Assembly (NCBI GenBank): GCA_964291315.2
Contig: OZ219752.1
Span: 128,001 to 192,000, forward strand
Direction of reading: 5' to 3'
DNA: 64,000 nt
From: Candidatus Poribacteria bacterium
GTDB lineage: Bacteria > Poribacteria > WGA-4E > WGA-3G
Within the stretch, counting starts at the first letter, position 1. Each line of letters opens with the position of its first letter. Shown here in pieces: positions 60,392-64,000 of the stretch. The notes under the pieces are model-generated. The model had not been told where the DNA came from, ran no database searches, and saw nothing but the letters and a program-made list of their open reading frames with translations. The translations under genes and the position numbers were made by a program.

Positions 60392-60919
60392 TTACTCTTG
60401 TTCAAATTCTAACTTAGCGAAACGGATAAAAATGCCGCCCCCCGGTCTACCAAAAGGACCGTTGACGGCCAGACACGCGATCACATGCTTTTCACCCGGT
60501 TCTGCGCTTTCGGTGACAACAACGCGTTGCGGGGCGTTGAAACCAGAGGCAGCACCACGTCCTGACTTCCCGAAAGCCAAGTCGATGTTGCCATCAATCC
60601 AGACTTCCCCGTAATCGTCAATGCATGTGTGAAACCACACCTTTGAACCAGCGATAGAGATCCCGTCAACTTCCTCCGGAAGTGTCACCGTGATTCTATA
60701 CCAACCGAAGCAAAACCCAGACGAGATGAACTCTTGAATATCGTCACAAATAGGCCAGCCGGAGTCATCATAGTCAGCAAGACGAGCAGTAGTTTCCGGC
60801 AATTGATCGACTAAACCCCCATTGGGTTCCCCGGGGACAAGTCCATCGCCGTAACGCCATTCGGAATTGGTGAGTTCACGATGTTCTGTACTTTCTAAAT
60901 CAAGTTCTGCAATAATCAT
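60392..60919 (-). CDS. Hypothetical protein with galactose-binding-like fold
   Basis: Start MIIAELD after AAAGGA; 'YDDSGW', 'GWYRITVTLP', 'IDDYGEVWIDG' resemble GH2 N-terminal sugar-binding domains. Confidence 0.7.
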   Translation of the reverse strand: MIIAELDLESTEHRELTNSEWRYGDGLVPGEPNGGLVDQLPETTARLADYDDSGWPICDDIQEFISSGFCFGWYRITVTLPEEVDGISIAGSKVWFHTCIDDYGEVWIDGNIDLAFGKSGRGAASGFNAPQRVVVTESAEPGEKHVIACLAVNGPFGRPGGGIFIRFAKLEFEQE

Positions 60920-61036
60920 TAGTATTCCTTTCTTAGTGCAAGAATAGCACAAAATGTATTGAAAATAAAAAATAATTCGGTAATGTCCGGTGCGAAGTGC
61001 CCACTTAATGCCAAAAACTACCTTAACAAACCTCAC

Positions 61037-62215
61037 TTAGTGTGTGATCGCAATATTCGTAGACCAAAGTCTATAAGCAATACCTGTCGAAAAAATTAAG
61101 AAAATTCCGGCGACAATGAACGGAACCTGAACAGAAATATTCATCAGAAAGCCACTTGCGACATAACCGAGAAGAAATCCGGTGCTCCACGCCAGGTGTG
61201 TCAGGCCTACTCCATGTCCTTTCTCATGCGGTTCGGTGAGTTCATTGATAAATCGGGGAATAGTCGTCGAAAGACCCCATGCCGCGCCCGCGCCAAGTAT
61301 CCCGAAAACCTCCAAAGTAATTAACGATTTATGAAAGAACGCCACACTAAAAGCGAGGAGCGTAACAATTACGTTTGCCACGAGGGCGGGTGCCCGATGC
61401 CCAACCCTATCACATGCTCTTCCTGCAGCTAGCTGACATCCGAAAGCGAATAGAAGACTAGCAGCACCATAATAGCCAGCTGCTTTTACCCCTGCGATGC
61501 GTTCAATCAAGATCGGCATTAGTAGGTTCACGGATCCCCAATAATAGGTCGGGAAAAAGCGTAAGCCAATTAGCATCCACATCTCCGGCCGGCGACTTAG
61601 GTCCAGGTATGCCGCAGTCCTCCATCTTCCGCTATGATTTCCTTGGTTCTCAGAAGGTTGTTCGCCTGCTAATCGCGGTAGAAAGAGGCATGTGCCTACA
61701 AATAGCACACCTGCTAAAATCACCCCGCCCGTGCCGAAAACGCTATAGTCAGTCCGGTCAATGACTTCACCAGCAAGAGCGCCACCAACAGCATTGCCAA
61801 TAGTCATGCTGATAAAGTACCATCCGGTTGCTGTTCCCAACCGATGCGGAGGCACGGCACTGATGAGATAGCTCTGTCCGCCTGCAGTTTTGAACCCGGA
61901 CGCTATGCCCTCATAACAGAGGATACCCCAAAGTAACAGCGGCGTTTGTGTTGTAAAAAGCGTGCCTATTACCACCGCCCCTGTGATTCCAATTAGCAGG
62001 GCCGGTTTCCGCCCAAACCGGTCACTGAGTGTTCCCCCGACTAGGGCTGAGATACCACCGAGTCCTATCGGAAGCGCGCGCAGCAGGGCAGCAAACAATG
62101 GAGTTTCTTCTAAAATCCGTTCTGCATAGACCGGAAAAAGCATCTGCACCGGTCCTGTTACTAGACCAACAGCAAACACAATCCCGCAAAGAAAAATAAA
62201 CCCCCGACTCCACAT
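61037..62215 (-). CDS. MFS transporter
   Basis: About 12 TM helices; motif A 'GTLSDRFGRK' and 'GRACDRVG'. Alternative TTG start at 62233. Confidence 0.9.
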   Translation of the reverse strand: MWSRGFIFLCGIVFAVGLVTGPVQMLFPVYAERILEETPLFAALLRALPIGLGGISALVGGTLSDRFGRKPALLIGITGAVVIGTLFTTQTPLLLWGILCYEGIASGFKTAGGQSYLISAVPPHRLGTATGWYFISMTIGNAVGGALAGEVIDRTDYSVFGTGGVILAGVLFVGTCLFLPRLAGEQPSENQGNHSGRWRTAAYLDLSRRPEMWMLIGLRFFPTYYWGSVNLLMPILIERIAGVKAAGYYGAASLLFAFGCQLAAGRACDRVGHRAPALVANVIVTLLAFSVAFFHKSLITLEVFGILGAGAAWGLSTTIPRFINELTEPHEKGHGVGLTHLAWSTGFLLGYVASGFLMNISVQVPFIVAGIFLIFSTGIAYRLWSTNIAITH

Positions 62216-62342
62216 TTTTAAAATAGCTGTCAACGTTAATGGTGGTCAGCTGTCAGGATTTCGTTATGTTTACTGTCAGCAAGAAAAACTCGAAGCCTAA
62301 CCCCGATAGCCGTTTCACTAACTGCCCTAAAGTCTATAGCCA

Positions 62343-63977
62343 TTAAGAAAAATGGCGAATCAAGCTGTCTGTAATATTGGGTGCAGCTGTTCCAAGTCCA
62401 CACGCGCTCGTTGCCTTCATAACCGCACTGATTCTCGAAATTATTGCCTCTGAATTCGGTTGCAGAGGTTCGGACAAAAGCTCCGTCAGCCGTTGTGTAC
62501 CGATACGACAAGGGAAACACTTTCCGCAAGATTCCTCAGCAAAAAATTCCATCGCATTGCGGGCGACATCAAGCATATCACGGGTGCTATCAAACACCAT
62601 AATTCCAGCTGCCCCGAGCATTGCCCGCACCTCTTGGAAGCTCGGTTCATCAATCGTAATATCAAGGTTATCTTGAAAAATAAAACCACCAGATAATCCG
62701 GCTGTCGTAATTGCTTGAATTTCGCGTCCTTCCGGTGCGCCACCTGCCCATTCATAGAGGAGGGTCTTTAACGGTAGTCCGAACGGTACCTCGTAATTCC
62801 CCGGGCTCCGGATGTCTCCAGACAGGCTAATAATCTTTGTCCCTGCCAAGTTTTTGTCAGAACTGAGGCTCTTATACCATGCTGCCCCGTGTCGAACGAC
62901 TTTGACAGCAGCTGCGAGAGTCTCTACATTGTTTACAGCAGTGGGTAAATTCTCAAAGCCGTGTGTTACAGGATAAGGCGGGCGGTTTCTCGGAAACGGG
63001 TGTTTTCCTTCCAAACTATTCAACAACGATCCTTCCTCACCACAGACATAAGCACCAGCTCCCCGTCGAATGTAGATATGGAAGCTAAAGTCTTCACCAA
63101 GAATAGCATCGCCAAGCAGTCCTGCTGCCTCTGCCTCTGCAAGGGCATGCTCAAGTCTCTTTAAGGTCTCCGGGTATTCATAGCGGAGATAGATAAAACC
63201 TCGCGTTGCCCCGGTCGCATAAGCTGCAAGGGTCATTCCTTCAATTACGGCATGTGGGGCATAATCGAGAATAACCCGATCCTTGAAACATCCCGGTTCT
63301 CCTTCATCTGCGTTGCAGACGACAGTCTTCGGTTCACCAGGGGCATTCAAAACCGATTCCCATTTCATGCCGGTTGGGAACCCCGCACCACCTCTGCCTG
63401 CAAGTTGGCTCTCTTTAAGTGTGTTAATCACATCCGTTTGTGTAAGCGTTGTTACTGCCCGCGTTAAGGCTTCATAGCCGCCCGTACGTCGGTAACCCGC
63501 TAACGTGTTGTGTTCGGGTTCGCGTATCTCAGCAAACACACATTCTTCACCGTCGCCGGGATGTGGTGGAGGTAGAGGGGTGGGTTGCACGGAAAGTGCG
63601 TCTACTTGTTTGCCTACGAACACCTTATGTCCTTTCAGCACCGGCACACATTCGTCGCATCTTCCAGCACATGGCATTGGTGTCGCGCCTTTGTCTTTGA
63701 GTGCGTCCAGAATTTCCAAACCGCCTTGCAACCGACAAACGGGTCCCGTGCACACACGTGGTGAGCTCTGCCCTGGTGCCTCACGGGCAAAGTGGTGGTA
63801 AAAGGTTAAGGTGCCGAAGAGCTCCGCTAGTGGAATCCGGAGTCCGACTGCAATATCGCGCAGGACCAGCTCTGAAATAAACCCGTCTCGATCGTGGAAA
63901 GCATGGAGCAGCGGGAGTAATGGAGCAGGTTTATTGCGCCAACGGGTAATCACTTCTCGGTTGGTCGGAGGCGGCAT
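62343..63977 (-). CDS. NuoE-NuoF-like fusion (NADH-binding flavoprotein subunit of a formate dehydrogenase/hydrogenase-type complex)
   Basis: N-terminal 'LLPLLH...TFYHHF...VCTGPVC...CAGRC'; NuoF motifs 'GRGGAGFPTG.KW', 'NADEGEPG', 'GAGAYVCGEE', 'ESCGKCFPCR', 'CGLG'. Confidence 0.9.
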   Translation of the reverse strand: MPPPTNREVITRWRNKPAPLLPLLHAFHDRDGFISELVLRDIAVGLRIPLAELFGTLTFYHHFAREAPGQSSPRVCTGPVCRLQGGLEILDALKDKGATPMPCAGRCDECVPVLKGHKVFVGKQVDALSVQPTPLPPPHPGDGEECVFAEIREPEHNTLAGYRRTGGYEALTRAVTTLTQTDVINTLKESQLAGRGGAGFPTGMKWESVLNAPGEPKTVVCNADEGEPGCFKDRVILDYAPHAVIEGMTLAAYATGATRGFIYLRYEYPETLKRLEHALAEAEAAGLLGDAILGEDFSFHIYIRRGAGAYVCGEEGSLLNSLEGKHPFPRNRPPYPVTHGFENLPTAVNNVETLAAAVKVVRHGAAWYKSLSSDKNLAGTKIISLSGDIRSPGNYEVPFGLPLKTLLYEWAGGAPEGREIQAITTAGLSGGFIFQDNLDITIDEPSFQEVRAMLGAAGIMVFDSTRDMLDVARNAMEFFAEESCGKCFPCRIGTQRLTELLSEPLQPNSEAIISRISAVMKATSACGLGTAAPNITDSLIRHFS

Positions 63978-64000
63978 TTAATTCTCCAATTCTGTAACGC

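Overview
A 64 kb, ~48-50% GC bacterial chromosomal window from a diderm organism (lpxB, lpxK, TonB-dependent receptor). The many Gfo/Idh/MocA and sugar-isomerase genes, a sulfatase, and secreted proteins ending in 'VEPxGKLxxxWxxxK' suggest Candidatus Poribacteria; this taxonomic call is inference only. Content is mostly housekeeping and metabolic: argG (partial), MoxR, sulfatase, a split Cys-type cytochrome c maturation cluster (ccmE/F/H-like, then korAB, then ccmA/B), eno-ftsB, an orphan DNA methyltransferase, rfbB, sugar-acid catabolism genes, nfo, obgE-proB, a Crp-like regulator, peptidases, a cyclase-AAA-TPR protein, lpxK/lpxB, argC, a LarA-family protein, queC and a NuoE-NuoF-like fusion. 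I found no tRNA, rRNA, CRISPR array or transposase. The most interesting signals outside the gene list are: (i) a ~750 bp promoter-dense segment bounded by ~24 bp inverted repeats between a TonB receptor and a Crp-like gene (candidate invertible or co-regulated promoter switch); (ii) a promoter module with a conserved spacer found three times, one copy preceding a ~280 nt candidate structured ncRNA; (iii) secreted paralogues sharing a conserved C-terminal putative sorting motif; (iv) an unannotated TonB-receptor pseudogene; (v) an 841-aa membrane protein with apparent tandem Sm-like folds; (vi) a family of degenerate heptamer-based intergenic elements.
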